From Corallochytrium limacisporum Hawaii (lineage: Eukaryota; Protista; Pluriformea): a DNA stretch of 64,000 bases. The translations under genes and the position numbers were made by a program. The notes below the pieces were generated by a model. The model saw nothing but the letters and a program-made list of their open reading frames with translations. It was not told the origin of the DNA and did not search any database. This document shows positions 13,001 to 23,953 of this stretch, in pieces; positions within the stretch are counted from its first letter, which is position 1, and each line of letters opens with the position of its first letter. Location: contig PDIP01000032.1 in the NCBI GenBank assembly GCA_002811645.1, forward strand, positions 356,120 through 420,119. The letters are read 5' to 3'.

Positions 13001-13766
13001 CAATATCCCAAATAACCAGACTGGCCTCGTTTCGGTATTTGTCCAACCCAGCAGCAACCACACAACCGGTCCCGACTGGTGCCCACTGAATGGCTGAGCA
13101 TGATCGACGATGTGGTGGAGTCAATTCGATGCGAATATCGCTCTCACCTACCCCACTACCAAAAGAGTCTCTTGTGCCGCCAATGCCGCGAGAGTCATTT
13201 GGCCCACTTCCACTGCCTCTTGTCCCCTGCTGCGCTGTCGAAGTCGACGATGTTGGCAACTGAAGTACAGTGATCTTTCCGTTCAGTTGGCCGGCGGCAA
13301 TTGCGTGTGCGTAGGTCTTCACACGACACCAATCTAAGCAGCTTAATTGAGGTAATGCACTAGAAGTGTGTACCAGTCGCACATCTGCAAGAGATCCATC
13401 TTGATCCGCACTCGCACCAATTGATCTTGCCGAGTCAACTGTGTCCGATTTGTGACCCTGACCATCCTTTCCTGACTTTCCTTCCGAGCCAGTGCCTATA
13501 TTTTCCATACCAGCACTGCTGGGTGTTGATCTGGTGCCCCTCATCCCTGAAATGGGTCGCTGCCGCACAGTAGACTGACCCTGACGAGCCCGCATTGCCG
13601 AGTCTCGGCTGACAGACACGTTCCATAGCGAAGAGCGGCCTGCAGTCTCAACGCCGCGGTTTCGCACAATATCATACAAGCGAATTTCACTGTCTCCGAC
13701 AATGAACTCTGTGTCTGAGTGCGGAGAAAATTGTACCGTGGTGTACACGGCCCCGCTTTTCGACAT
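10062..13766 (-). CDS. MIOS: GATOR2/SEACAT subunit MIOS (Sea4): WD40 propeller, alpha-solenoid, C-terminal zinc ribbon/RING
   Basis: AAGLDKYRNEASLVIWD, KLAAGM..RYIRVYDLR, MAIALAGY, DPYIRGAFSFL, DRIGIAVRFLDD, TSDVQTVALL, CPHCHKPLPRCCICL, WFTWCQNCRHGGH..HIIEWF..H..CPVSGCKCQC. Confidence 0.95.
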   Translation of the reverse strand: MSKSGAVYTTVQFSPHSDTEFIVGDSEIRLYDIVRNRGVETAGRSSLWNVSVSRDSAMRARQGQSTVRQRPISGMRGTRSTPSSAGMENIGTGSEGKSGKDGQGHKSDTVDSARSIGASADQDGSLADVRLVHTSSALPQLSCLDWCRVKTYAHAIAAGQLNGKITVLQLPTSSTSTAQQGTRGSGSGPNDSRGIGGTRDSFGSGVGESDIRIELTPPHRRSCSAIQWAPVGTGCVVAAGLDKYRNEASLVIWDIEVAGSASGSDPNVSISSAATDGSTQVTSLLSQEGTSKLSRDPRSVVKDVSDLKDDASSDALVRSNAMITSLWQVSVQGHKQNLYRKPITEMAAGESVVSFAWFPSSMYKLAAGMAGRYIRVYDLRDPSGAITVNTKAVNGLTMDPHHEHRLASYAMGDSVVKIWDLRNLTAPIQQFNTGHRIRALSYSSSKDSRGQLATLGEDATTPRIWDLNYFYSTPTTGPTDSQIPNSTVFVESDDPSTHPMQNSTFAEATVTRRWTTRMPPFAPASMAWTSSGAVLVLSREGRLCDLKVAPRVSMAWNADTRLSTYFGRLRTMEVDKLGIEDLANDIGAIMNTRSRKGYGASAATNAILMNEQSPVLSELWSWIARLPNLEAAAANLIRMIITDEPDDHRSEYETLEQTRKRQSERLIFGGPVSCLLRDENIAAAATELKLPVNPKVRELNSRRSSDAGNHSRRTGSIGGSELSKDLNFTVYTSPQRSLVLRMIGWDLCSDVSLYNTEDFLDINDGTEITSVRSTDTGTGGKDRILSNRGDLSGHEQTASPSTQTKGTDPLRSGTVPRPHPADFVANTRTKSHEQAAALAIWQSDINYAIQVLKEADARTGDQQHMFSIMAIALAGYSASTSDSSHSNMWITNAKTISREIEDPYIRGAFSFLTCEDAKFADVLEDDNIHLADRIGIAVRFLDDRKLALWMFKEQAKYIKAGNLTGLMLTGWAQEGIDLMQQYMDQTSDVQTVALLAMQWRDQAWLESIQVRTWMDMYRELLNRWTLFLDRAKLDVAVGATNRHSPQLLVRCSFCGKSVAAEAYTAPPLKATNAGGATNVSGGAGDQSAGVVTGMSPPSEDGMLVGSAGAYTPMSIRASQTAGSAGIGGSGTKIFPEGGHPRRCTHTKLSSCPHCHKPLPRCCICLLHMSAFSTKASLGFHNPQLAFESDLDQWFTWCQNCRHGGHLSHIIEWFDRHTICPVSGCKCQCGSLDTV

Positions 13767-14370
13767 CTTTGATGAGGATGTAGTCTGGTCACTTCAATAT
13801 CTATGACATGATTGTACCAAAGCTCCGCACTGTAATGGATATATCCTGGCTCTTTATCTTGGCCAACCACTATCAAAGGATGGGTTTTAGAAAATTGTCT
13901 CAGTTTCTAGACCTGGCGTGAAGTACCATCTGTAAATATTGAATGCACACTACGCAACAATTCGAGTTCTGCCCCAGTGTTTTGGCTCCCTTACCTTGAA
14001 GCCGTCCGGTCGAAGATGTCCCCCCTGGCCCCCTCCCGCCTGGCCTCCCCGCACACCTAGCCACCGTTAGTTTTTTAAACCCCTGCGGACAACTAAAAAA
14101 GTAATTTTGCAGAGTGTCTATTTTTGTTAGCAAGGGGTGCTGGAAATTTCGCGGTGGTAAGGGAGCCCCCGGGCAAGACTCCGGTGAATACTAAAGCTAT
14201 CTCAGACCACACGAGAGAGTCAATATTTCGCTCTGGTGTGCATACCAAAGCAGTCTATTTATCGATTTATAAAAGCTGAGTCGTTTCGAAATTGGCGTTG
14301 TGAAATCAGAGGCCGAATATGCAAACATGTAAATAGGGCAATATTCGCGAACGCAGTCGGCAACACAGCG
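13767..14370. promoter_or_regulatory. Bidirectional promoter region MIOS/PEX2
   Basis: 604-bp head-to-head gap with a central C-run-rich core (about 14010-14180) and short A/T runs. Confidence 0.6.
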
Positions 14371-15366
14371 ATGGATCAAAACTCCGGAGCGGAGGATGCG
14401 CCTAGCGCTTTGTCTCGGCTACGAGAACAAATGCCAGTGTTTACGCCGGTCTTTAGTCGGGTGTACCAAATGGATGCACACCGATTGGATGACCTCATGT
14501 CTGGTATGCTGTTAGATCAGCTAAAAGCATTGGGCAGAAGCTTACCAGCCCACTTTGCGAGCAAAGTAGAAACCTACGCAGCTGAGCTGAAAATGATATG
14601 CCTTGCCTGTGTGGTTGGAGTACCATTGTTGAACTTCAATGCCACTTTTGGAGAAGAGCTTTTGAATTTGCGTACAGTCCGATCGGCTACTAACACGAGG
14701 GTATCTTTAGGAAGGCGGGTCTTGCTTGCAGCTTTGCTGGTGGGATCTGACTATGTGCGGGAACGGGTCACGGAATATCTCGTACAGAGAGAAGTGCATC
14801 ATAGTAATCCCAATGGGGACCAAGTGCTGCAGACATGGGACCGGGCTGTGGCAGCTGTTAGGATACTGAAGTTTTTGAACATGTTGGCCTTCCTGAAGAA
14901 TGGGACCTACCCAACATTAGCCCACCGGTTGCTTTCGGTGTCTCTCCAATTCAAGACTACCACAGCTGAAAAGTTTGTAAGCTATGAATACATGAGCCGA
15001 GAAATGCTGTGGCAGGGCTTTGCGGAATTCTTCATCTTCTTAATTCCGCTCATGAAGGTAAAGTCATTGAAGGGTATGCTGTTCAGTGTCTTCTTCCACA
15101 CTGACAAGATCAACAAGATCGCGGACAGTGAGGAGTCTGAACGGGAGCGCGGCTGCCCTATCTGTGGCGAGGCAGTACCAACTATTCCAGTGTCTGCAGT
15201 CAAGAGTGGGTGCCACCACCGCTTCTGCTACTACTGCATTGCAAGCAACCAGGAAGAGGATCCGTCCTTCGCCTGCCCATCCTGCAGTAATACCGTTGGT
15301 GCTGTGGCTCGCAGCATGACCAGGAAAGGTGGCAAGACGTCTCTGAAGGGCACCAATGGGGCATAG
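14371..15366 (+). CDS. PEX2: Peroxisomal RING E3 ligase PEX2
   Basis: RVYQMDAHRLD, TFGEELLNL, FLNMLAFLKNGTYPTL..RLL, VSYEYMSREMLWQGFAEFFIFLIPL and C3HC4 RING CPICG...CHHRFCYYCI...CPSC. Start at the first in-frame ATG (14371). Confidence 0.93.
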   Translation: MDQNSGAEDAPSALSRLREQMPVFTPVFSRVYQMDAHRLDDLMSGMLLDQLKALGRSLPAHFASKVETYAAELKMICLACVVGVPLLNFNATFGEELLNLRTVRSATNTRVSLGRRVLLAALLVGSDYVRERVTEYLVQREVHHSNPNGDQVLQTWDRAVAAVRILKFLNMLAFLKNGTYPTLAHRLLSVSLQFKTTTAEKFVSYEYMSREMLWQGFAEFFIFLIPLMKVKSLKGMLFSVFFHTDKINKIADSEESERERGCPICGEAVPTIPVSAVKSGCHHRFCYYCIASNQEEDPSFACPSCSNTVGAVARSMTRKGGKTSLKGTNGA

Positions 15367-15779
15367 AATTGTACTATACACGTATTTTACCATTTCTTGC
15401 ATAACAGTGTGCTTCACTAATGTCATGGTCAGAGCACACCCTACCGGCGACCCTCGTCCACGGGCTCGCCTTTGGCTTTTTCCTCCCCCCACCGTGGCAC
15501 CCGAACAAAACAGCTATCCATCCGCGGGCAGGGCGCGAAGAGCTTGAAATGTAAGCCTCGCCAGCAAGCATTCCTTCATTTTCCGAGACGCAGCCAAAAG
15601 CCTTGAATGGAGACATAGCCAGGTATACAGTGAGTACTATAAATGCAAATATACCACATGAAATAGGTCTGCTGCTCGGTGACTTGTTTGGATCACAGAG
15701 AAGAAAAGCAGGATCGCGCAAAAATCAAAACAAGAATGATGTGGACGTAAACAAATGACCATAATAGTCGACCGTCACA

Positions 15780-16949
15780 ATGGCAACAGATCGAAACGAA
15801 CAGAGCTTCTTTGAATTCTTCACGTCTTTACAATGGACCATCCCGTCACGGGCACCAGCGTGGCACAAATATGTATTCCCAAACGAATACGGGACACTGG
15901 AGGCGTCATCACAGTACCTTATGGACTTTCGAGTCCAGAACCATTTAAGTTTGCGCGGGCGCAAGACCATCGGGCCACATTTGCGGAGAATGTTTGAATT
16001 TAACCTGCTAGAAGGCGTGTCAGCTCTGTCCTTTTTTTATGACTCTGTGCCACAAGCTGCCGAAGATTCCCTTTTCAACAGTTTTGATCATAGTACAAAC
16101 CAGCGGCCAAGCTTGAACAGATCTTTTTTGGTCCCAATGCATACCGGGATAGGAAGGGGACGGAACAGGCCAGTTTTGAATACGGAGACCGAGTTGGAGA
16201 CAGACCAAAATGAACGGAGTCAGGACTCTGAATTCCTGGTCTCTGAATTATCACCCTACGACTATATTCGACCTTCTGGGGTGCAGATGGCTGGTACAGC
16301 ATATAGTGACGGTGCATTGGATGCCTATTTCTCAACATCTATAGATGAAACCTGGCGAGTCAACCTTAATGCACTCAGCATGCTGAGTAGCCTAGCCATG
16401 AGCAGCATGACCTTTGCCGTGTACAGAGACAGTCCGAACGCGTGCGTACGGACCTTTTACGACACCCATGACCATCTCATCGGATTGTCCGTGCTTGGCA
16501 ATCCTTTACAGACGGCGCCGCAGTGGAACCTGGGCGCAGAACTGGTCTACAGTGGTACACAAAGGCAACCGGGACTATCTATCGGAACAAGCTATCGTCT
16601 TGCTCCCATCAATGGCGGTCGAGAGCGTCTCATCACATGCACCATTTCACCCATCTCGGGTCACATCGTCACGGCCTTTACCGCCGTCCTCGGTCGCTAT
16701 GCTGTGGCAGCGACACGCCTGGAGTACAACATGCATTCGAATGAAAGCAACGTCGGCTTCGGCCTCCAGGTTGCACCAACGGCGGAAAGTCCGTACGGCT
16801 TGACACTGGGCATCGAGAACCGCACCGGAGCAGCACTGGTCTTCACCGCCATTCTGGATGCCATCATGATCGAGATTGGCACCGGTTTCAAGTTCCACAA
16901 GCGAAGCCCGGATGCTCAATTCGGTATTTCCTTGTCTGTAGATACATGA
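15780..16949 (+). CDS. MDM10: Mitochondrial outer-membrane beta-barrel Mdm10 (ERMES/SAM subunit)
   Basis: LMDF motif near the N-terminus; LGAELVYSG....GLSIG; LITCTISPISGHI; TRLEYNMHSNESN (cf. fungal SRFDFNxYSxES); terminal beta-signal-like FGISLSV. Confidence 0.8.
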   Translation: MATDRNEQSFFEFFTSLQWTIPSRAPAWHKYVFPNEYGTLEASSQYLMDFRVQNHLSLRGRKTIGPHLRRMFEFNLLEGVSALSFFYDSVPQAAEDSLFNSFDHSTNQRPSLNRSFLVPMHTGIGRGRNRPVLNTETELETDQNERSQDSEFLVSELSPYDYIRPSGVQMAGTAYSDGALDAYFSTSIDETWRVNLNALSMLSSLAMSSMTFAVYRDSPNACVRTFYDTHDHLIGLSVLGNPLQTAPQWNLGAELVYSGTQRQPGLSIGTSYRLAPINGGRERLITCTISPISGHIVTAFTAVLGRYAVAATRLEYNMHSNESNVGFGLQVAPTAESPYGLTLGIENRTGAALVFTAILDAIMIEIGTGFKFHKRSPDAQFGISLSVDT

Positions 16950-19900
16950 AGATGCCTCATCAGCAAATCGGGAGTCCTTTTTTGTTCCCTTTAGAACACC
17001 GGACATGCTGCCTCACACAATAGTACATTTACATTAGAATCCCTGGCGACGCGATCTGATCTCCGCAATTTAGACGGGAAGACGACGGTTCCTGCTGCAT
17101 GCTAAAGGCTAGTCAAGGCAGCTGGTCAGGTATCGCAAGCGGTGCTACTCATGGCCATCCTTTTAATGCTCTAGTTTTGCGATACCAAGGAAATGGGACG
17201 AACGAGGATCTCCAAATTCAGTTTAATCCCCATCCTCCCCCTACTCGAATCTACTTATGCACAGGACCTGCGGTCCGCCCCAGGCTCCACCGTCTGCCAG
17301 GGATATGCAAAACAGTGGCGCGCCTTTGTGGACCAGCCGCTCACCAAGGTACAAAGCACAGACATCGCCAACAGGTCGCGCACCTGCGTTTACAAAACTC
17401 CAGAGGATTGGAAGAATCGGTGGTTCCAATTTGCTTTGTAAGCCTCCACAAGCGTTCACAGGACACGGAGGATACACGATTAATACGTGGAGGATGCTCC
17501 CAACACTGCCCCATCCGACCGCCTACACTTCTGCAGACCTCCTTGGGTCATTATCAATATCTATTGTTCTTTGAAAAAAGTTTTGTTCACCGGCACCAGA
17601 ACACAGTGGGAGGCTGTCCGGAATTGCGAGCTCGACAGGACACTTGCAGTTGATGCGCGACCAAACTCTTTTTTTCTTTTCTTTTTGATTTTTTGTCCAC
17701 TAATCCCCGCAGGAGCCGGAAAGTGTGCACTGGTTCAGTATAGGGTTTTTTTTGGGAGGGGGGCAGAGAGGGTCTGTGTCAAAGGCAAACACTCTAATCC
17801 CCCCCCCCCGGATACGACACCAACGGCAAGGCTTGCGCAGCGGGTTTTGCGGGTCACCCCGATGAAACCCTTTTTTTTTTCTTGGGTGGGTACTTTTCTT
17901 CAGCGCATCCCCTCCCCCCCGGGGGGGCCCTTCCAATACTTGCTCCCCCTTCTCCGCTTTCCACACCATTGCCCCCGGCCCTGTGAAGTCCGGCCCCGGA
18001 TACCTTCCTTACTTCTGCTGCCAGTCAGTAGGCAATCATCGAAAATTTACTCAACGTCTCATTGATCCGGGGATCATGGAAGAGCGAAGGAATGAAGCGC
18101 TGCATTCTTCATTGACCCACAGGGGCGCGCCCAATGGCAAGGAGCTGCCGAAAGCATACATGGTCACTCAGTCTCGCAGCAAAAGAGGAGCGCACTGCTG
18201 CAGCTGGTTTGATGTCATCCGAGCAGACCCGTTTTTGTCAGAATGTAGATCCTCGTCCCGCTAATGTCTGTATTCCGCAGCACGACACTGACTCCCGAAG
18301 CTGCACCCGCTGGTTTAAGTTTCGAAGGATCTTGCAAGGGGGTTGCAATTGTGAAGTATATTTGTTTCTGTTTATTGTGAACGTAATCGGATCTCACCAA
18401 CTATCGAATTGGGAACATCTACGACCTCGCAAGAATCAGAATCCACCGACATGCAACCATCACCGAGATCGCATCATTGCACAGTTCACTTGACTGCGAT
18501 CCCAATAGGCGCATGCAGACACATGAATCGCAATCGGCCCTCGATTTCGATGTGTGGATGATCGTTGACGTCTTCGTAACACTTGCACTACACTTCTGGC
18601 CTGGGTCCATAACGAGACGAACGAAGATCTGATTCACCCGAGCGCTGAAAGGTAAAGACTCCATCCGGTTCATTCATTTGATGCAAATGACAGTGTGAGC
18701 CGTTGACCGTAACGACAGCCGAACAATAACATGAGAGTGACAGAGCACAAAACCGGTGACATGAGAGCACATTGTACCAAATTGCATACTCATGCTTTGT
18801 TGCTCACGCAACGAAAGCACAAATCGCAAAATCTCGTTTGACAGCGGTACGGAACCAAACGGCCAACCAACCCACCCTTCCAAAAAGCAATTGGCCGTCC
18901 GGTCCAGTTAATCCACTACCGAAAACTGACTCCCCCCTCCAGGGGGAGGGGAGGGGGTCCAACACAGTCAGTCAGACCCCGGGCCACCGTGCTGAGCCCA
19001 CGGAGACCATAGTACCTTGCCCAAAAAAGGGCAAGCTCCCGAACTTGGGAACGATCTTCCTTTGTGTTCCTTTGGGGAGCGTAGAGAATGCACTGGCTTC
19101 CGTTTGTCGAGGATGGGTTTCGTGTCCTTCCTTTGGCACCCTCGGGCGCGGTTGCCCGAAAATATCTACTCCGAAATCTATATATAAATGACTGTAATTT
19201 GCTGTAATTTTTTTCGCACAAGCATAATATTGTGTTTTCGTTATGTTATGTGCCGAACCGGACCGGGGCACGGGAGGAGTCCGGACGGCCGTCCGCGAAA
19301 CCATGGAACAGCCAGCCCCCTCACGCCTGCGGACGAAAAGCCTATACTTAAGTTATAGAGAGACTGAGTTGGACCACAGTCAAAACACCACTCTATCGGA
19401 TTTTCCTACCCCACTAATTGCTCTCATCCACCTCGCTCTAAATTGTCATGCATTTTTGTAAAGGGAAGAAGGAGGGTAGGGGTGGTGTTCAGTGTTTTTG
19501 CTTGCCATTCCCCTCCCCCCCTAACCCTCCATCTTCAACAGTGCACGCGAAGTGGTCCCCCCTTTGTTGTGTTCCCGAATCGCGCGAAACGCGAGGAGGC
19601 TGGCTGGCTAATCAGTGGTGCTCAGGAACACGAGGCACACACGCACGCACCCTTCCATTCAAGACACATTGGCCTTTTTTTGAACCCCCTTTGGTACCCG
19701 TATCATTCGGTACTTTGATTGCCTTCCCGTCTTGGAACTCGACTACCAGCATAGAAAACACGACCAAGCCGCGCCTCTCCATGTCCGGCTATTTTTCCCT
19801 TACTGTATGTAGGGAAGTGCACCCGCTTGGCGTTTGGCAAAGTTTAGGTGATCGATTGTTGCTGTCCAGCAGAGGAGGAGGTGTCCGGGCTAATCGGTGT

Positions 19901-19956
19901 AACAAAAAATAATACCCAAAAAAGTTAGAGGGTATTGGCTGGCCCAACCAACCCAC

Positions 19957-20178
19957 NNNNNNNNNNNNNNNNNNNNNNNNNNNNNNNNNNNNNNNNNNNN
20001 NNNNNNNNNNNNNNNNNNNNNNNNNNNNNNNNNNNNNNNNNNNNNNNNNNNNNNNNNNNNNNNNNNNNNNNNNNNNNNNNNNNNNNNNNNNNNNNNNNNN
20101 NNNNNNNNNNNNNNNNNNNNNNNNNNNNNNNNNNNNNNNNNNNNNNNNNNNNNNNNNNNNNNNNNNNNNNNNNNNNNN
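19957..20178. other. Assembly gap (N run)
   Basis: N run flanked by C-rich sequence. Confidence 1.
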
Positions 20179-22011
20179 CCCCCCCTCCATCCCAAGAGTT
20201 CTTAAACCTTTGGGTCGAAGGAACATTGAAAATAAACGAAAACACACGCGTCCTTGCCTGCCCTGGAGAGGGGGAGCGGGCGGGGGATGGGCGAAAGGGT
20301 TAAGGACTAAAGCAACCAAAAAAATATACAAAAAAAAGAGAATAAAAGCACACGCACACACGGACAAATAGAAGAAAAACCAGCAGGCAAACACTGCAAA
20401 AACAAAAGGAAAGTGCACATGGTGAAACTCCCCCTTTTTTGCCATTGCCTGTATTCAGTACTGAACGGTAGGACGGATTTCAAAGGGTTGGCCGGTAACC
20501 CAGCAATCGGTGACGGATCTGACAAGGAAAGAAAAGAAAGAAAAAAGAAAGGAACGTGTGACGGGACAGCCAGCGACCAGTTTGGGCGGTGGGTCCCGCA
20601 AGGGGGAGGGGGGAAGCCAAGGGAAGGGGAGCTCTCCAGAAACTCAAGAGCCAGAATAATAGTACTGAATGTATGGTACTAAGACGGCAAGGAGGGGCAC
20701 CTTCCTCCCCACCGTGGGCAGACGAATTGTGAGATTGGGCAGGACCGGTCGGCAAAATGCGGGAGACGGCCGGAGGAGGGGGAAAGGGTGAGCGGGCACC
20801 GTTCCAAAATTCAAGGATCTCGAGCGCCAGGCCGGTGCGGTCGATGGCATTTTGGTGGTCCGCTTTTCATAATAGTGTCAATATTAAATACCAAATGACT
20901 GTAATATTTTCTAGTTAAATCGCTATATTGCTGTCGAAATCGTGGACAGTCCAACGGGGTCAGGCACACGTTTTTTCCGACGTCGAAGGTGGCTCCCCCC
21001 GGGGGGGGGGGGGAGAGAGAGAGAGCACTTTGCCCGGGCATTTCTCCGGAGGAACGGGACAGACCCCCTTCGGCGGAGCGGCAGAGAAGGAGAGAGCTTT
21101 GAGGGCCCCCCCCCCGGTTGCCGCGGTCCCCAAATTCAAATAGAAAAAAAAAAGAAATAATGCCAAAAAAAAAACCCGTACTCAGCAAACGTAAGAGAGA
21201 GTATACGGAACGAAAAAATCTGGCCCCACTCTGTCTCTTCCCTCCCCCCTCCCCCCTTCCGGGGTGTTCTCTCGCTCGCGCGCCCCGGGGAGAGAGACGG
21301 ACAAAAGAGAGAGGGGGGAACACAGAGAGAGAGAGGGAGAGAAGGCTGGGGCGAGGAAGAGAGGGGATAATTTTCAAAAAAGAAAAGAAAAGAAGAGAAG
21401 AATGAAACGATGAGAGTTTTGGTTGGCGCAGACAGAGAGACAGCCAGAGAGAGAGAGAGAGAGAGCAAAAAAAAAAAGAGAAAAGGAAGGGGAGGACGGG
21501 TCTGGTTTTCTTGAGTAGTGGGGTCGTACCATCGCCTGTCAGGGTTTTTAGTAATGAACGTATGGCACCCCTAAGACGGTGGAGGAGAATTGATTTCGTA
21601 GCCAGCTTAAAAGGGAGCGCTGGCTTGGCCTGCGCGGGTGTTGGCCTTTGGCGAGGGGTTCGGCCAAAGGGGAAGAGGCAGACGGAATCTTGTCCGAGTC
21701 GGGTTCGTTTGGTTTGTCAAGGTTCTTTGATTTGTGCCCAACGTGCGTGTTTCGTCCCGTGCTTTAGATTTTGAAACACAAGGTTCATACAAGGACAAAA
21801 GCGTTCCTAAATTATCAGACATACCATCGCGTATCAGTGCATTACGTGTTGAGCTGTCTTGGTAGAAAAGGATCCCTGCCATCTGTTACCAAAGAAGTTA
21901 ATCTTCTGCCGTTAACCTTAGAATTCGTACTAGATGGGCTTAGTGGATAGGTACTAGGTCCTTACTATTCCTTTGTTCTCAAAGAATCAGATAGGTTCAT
22001 AAAACACAGCC

Positions 22012-23712
22012 ATGCCTGCCTTCTTCTTCAATGTGAACATTCCGGAGACGGTCAATCTGACCGTTCGCCACTATAGCCTCCTGCACCGGAGGACTGTGGC
22101 CCCCGCGCATGGCGGGGGTCTGCCAATGCCTAATTCGCTCGGAGTCGTGGAAACTGAAACGGGAACCTTGCCTAAATACAATACGGCCCGCATGATGAAA
22201 GATGCCAAGGACCTAACTTCTAAGACCTTGGCACGCGGCAAGGCTTTGGCTGAGGCGCCTATGAAGACGGCCGACGTGATGAACAAGATCCTGCGTGGAT
22301 CTGATCTCGAATCCAACGATGGCAATGGTGAAATTGTCATTGATATCGACGAATGCCCTGACGAGGACCGTCTGCAGGCTGAAGTTGATGACGAAGAGTC
22401 TCCGCTGACCAATGTGGAGTTCCAAACCTGGCCCGTCGCCACCCACCTGCACATGATGTTGGAGGCCAACGGCATTGTTAATGCGGTATGGCACAAAATT
22501 GATAGCCATGAAGACGAGAGTGAAAAGTACGACCAGCTGCAAATGGGAGTCAGTTTGGAAACGGAAGATGCGGGGAAGCTTGAGGCAAAGCCACAAATGT
22601 GGAACGTTCAATTCATTCATAAGGACGGTGACACGCTCCTGCGGCTGTTGGGTGAACAGGGTATTGGTAATGCATTTGGCAAGCTCTGGGTACAGCCTGT
22701 TCATATTTTCAAGGACGCCGCTGAGCGCAAGGCTAAGGCCAGGAAAGAAAAGAAAGAAATGATGGAAAGTGAAAGCGAGGGATCCAAGAAAGCCCAGAGC
22801 CGGATGTCCGAACGGATGAAGACTTTCCGCGAGTCGGTCAAGTCAAAGCTGATCATTGAAGAATTGGCTGAGAACATCTCCGGCTCTGCTGAGCTCACAT
22901 TTGACTACGTCGCCCTTTGCTCGTGTGCTGCTCTCATTGCCGGACTGGGTCTGATTTTCGACTCTGTTGTCACCGTCATTGCAGCCATGCTGGTGTCCCC
23001 CATTATGGGTCCCATCATGTCTTTTGTGTTTGGTCGCCTTACGAAGCGGTATGAGATGGTTTCCCAAGGTCTCCTGTCCGAGGGTGTCGGTATCTCCGTG
23101 TGCTACCTCACAGGAATCTTTCTCGGTTTCCTTCATGTCTTTGGCCGCGAGGTTGTGACCGGTACCGAATACACTCTGCCCAATGAGGTTTTGAACCGTG
23201 GTAACTGGGAGGCTGTGGTTCAAGGTGCCTTGATTGCCATTCCGTCCGGTGCTGCGGTGGCAGTGTCCCTGCTGCAGAATAACCAGGCCTCCCTTGTAGG
23301 TGTGGCCATTTCTGCCTCTCTGCTGCCTCCGTTGGTCAATTCTGGCATTCTCTTGACGATTGGTGCCTGCTACACCAGCGTTTTCCAGGAGGAATTCTCC
23401 CGCGGAGAGTACTTCGAGATGGCTGGGTGGTCTGCTCTCATTGCCTTCGCCAATATCCTTGTGATCATTATCATTGCCGACCTCACGCTGCGATTGAAGA
23501 GTGTTGGCGCCCTGCCGGGTGACTCCGACTTCTATAAGACGACTCTGAAGTTTGCCGACCGCTCCATCCGTGTTAACAGCAAGGCTGACTCCCACGACTG
23601 GCAAGGAGAAGAGGTTAACATGGACGAACTTAGAGCGCTCGCGGAGGGTTTCAGTGGGAACACCCCCGGCGATGACGTTGGCGTTTCGCGGAGAACGCGC
23701 TGGATGAAATAA
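22012..23712 (+). CDS. DUF389 (TIGR00341-type) multi-pass membrane protein with long soluble N-terminus
   Basis: FDYVAL..CAALIAGLGL..DSVVTVIAAMLVSPIMGPI and LVGVAISASLLPPLVNSG motifs; about 7 hydrophobic segments. Confidence 0.9.
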   Translation: MPAFFFNVNIPETVNLTVRHYSLLHRRTVAPAHGGGLPMPNSLGVVETETGTLPKYNTARMMKDAKDLTSKTLARGKALAEAPMKTADVMNKILRGSDLESNDGNGEIVIDIDECPDEDRLQAEVDDEESPLTNVEFQTWPVATHLHMMLEANGIVNAVWHKIDSHEDESEKYDQLQMGVSLETEDAGKLEAKPQMWNVQFIHKDGDTLLRLLGEQGIGNAFGKLWVQPVHIFKDAAERKAKARKEKKEMMESESEGSKKAQSRMSERMKTFRESVKSKLIIEELAENISGSAELTFDYVALCSCAALIAGLGLIFDSVVTVIAAMLVSPIMGPIMSFVFGRLTKRYEMVSQGLLSEGVGISVCYLTGIFLGFLHVFGREVVTGTEYTLPNEVLNRGNWEAVVQGALIAIPSGAAVAVSLLQNNQASLVGVAISASLLPPLVNSGILLTIGACYTSVFQEEFSRGEYFEMAGWSALIAFANILVIIIIADLTLRLKSVGALPGDSDFYKTTLKFADRSIRVNSKADSHDWQGEEVNMDELRALAEGFSGNTPGDDVGVSRRTRWMK

Positions 23713-23953
23713 GTGCGTGACCCTGTCCGGCAGTTTGAGTTAGGCATGGTTGCTTCATCATTTCTTGACCTTTTTATTCCCATACAATTCCTTTCTTCAT
23801 AATAGATAGTTTAACATCATGATTCCACTACACAATTATTTGTTTTACACACTCGATTGGTGCACACGCTCAGAGTACAGATGTGTATTTTACAGTTTTG
23901 AATGGCCTACATTTCTTCTGTCATTCTTGTCAGGCAACTGTCTGCTTGACTCT

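Noticed and set aside
15690-15745. U6-like string ACAGAGAAGA..AGCA.G..GCGCAA upstream of MDM10
   Set aside because: Internal stem-loop cannot form, and there is no 5' stem or U-tail; probably chance in an A-rich leader
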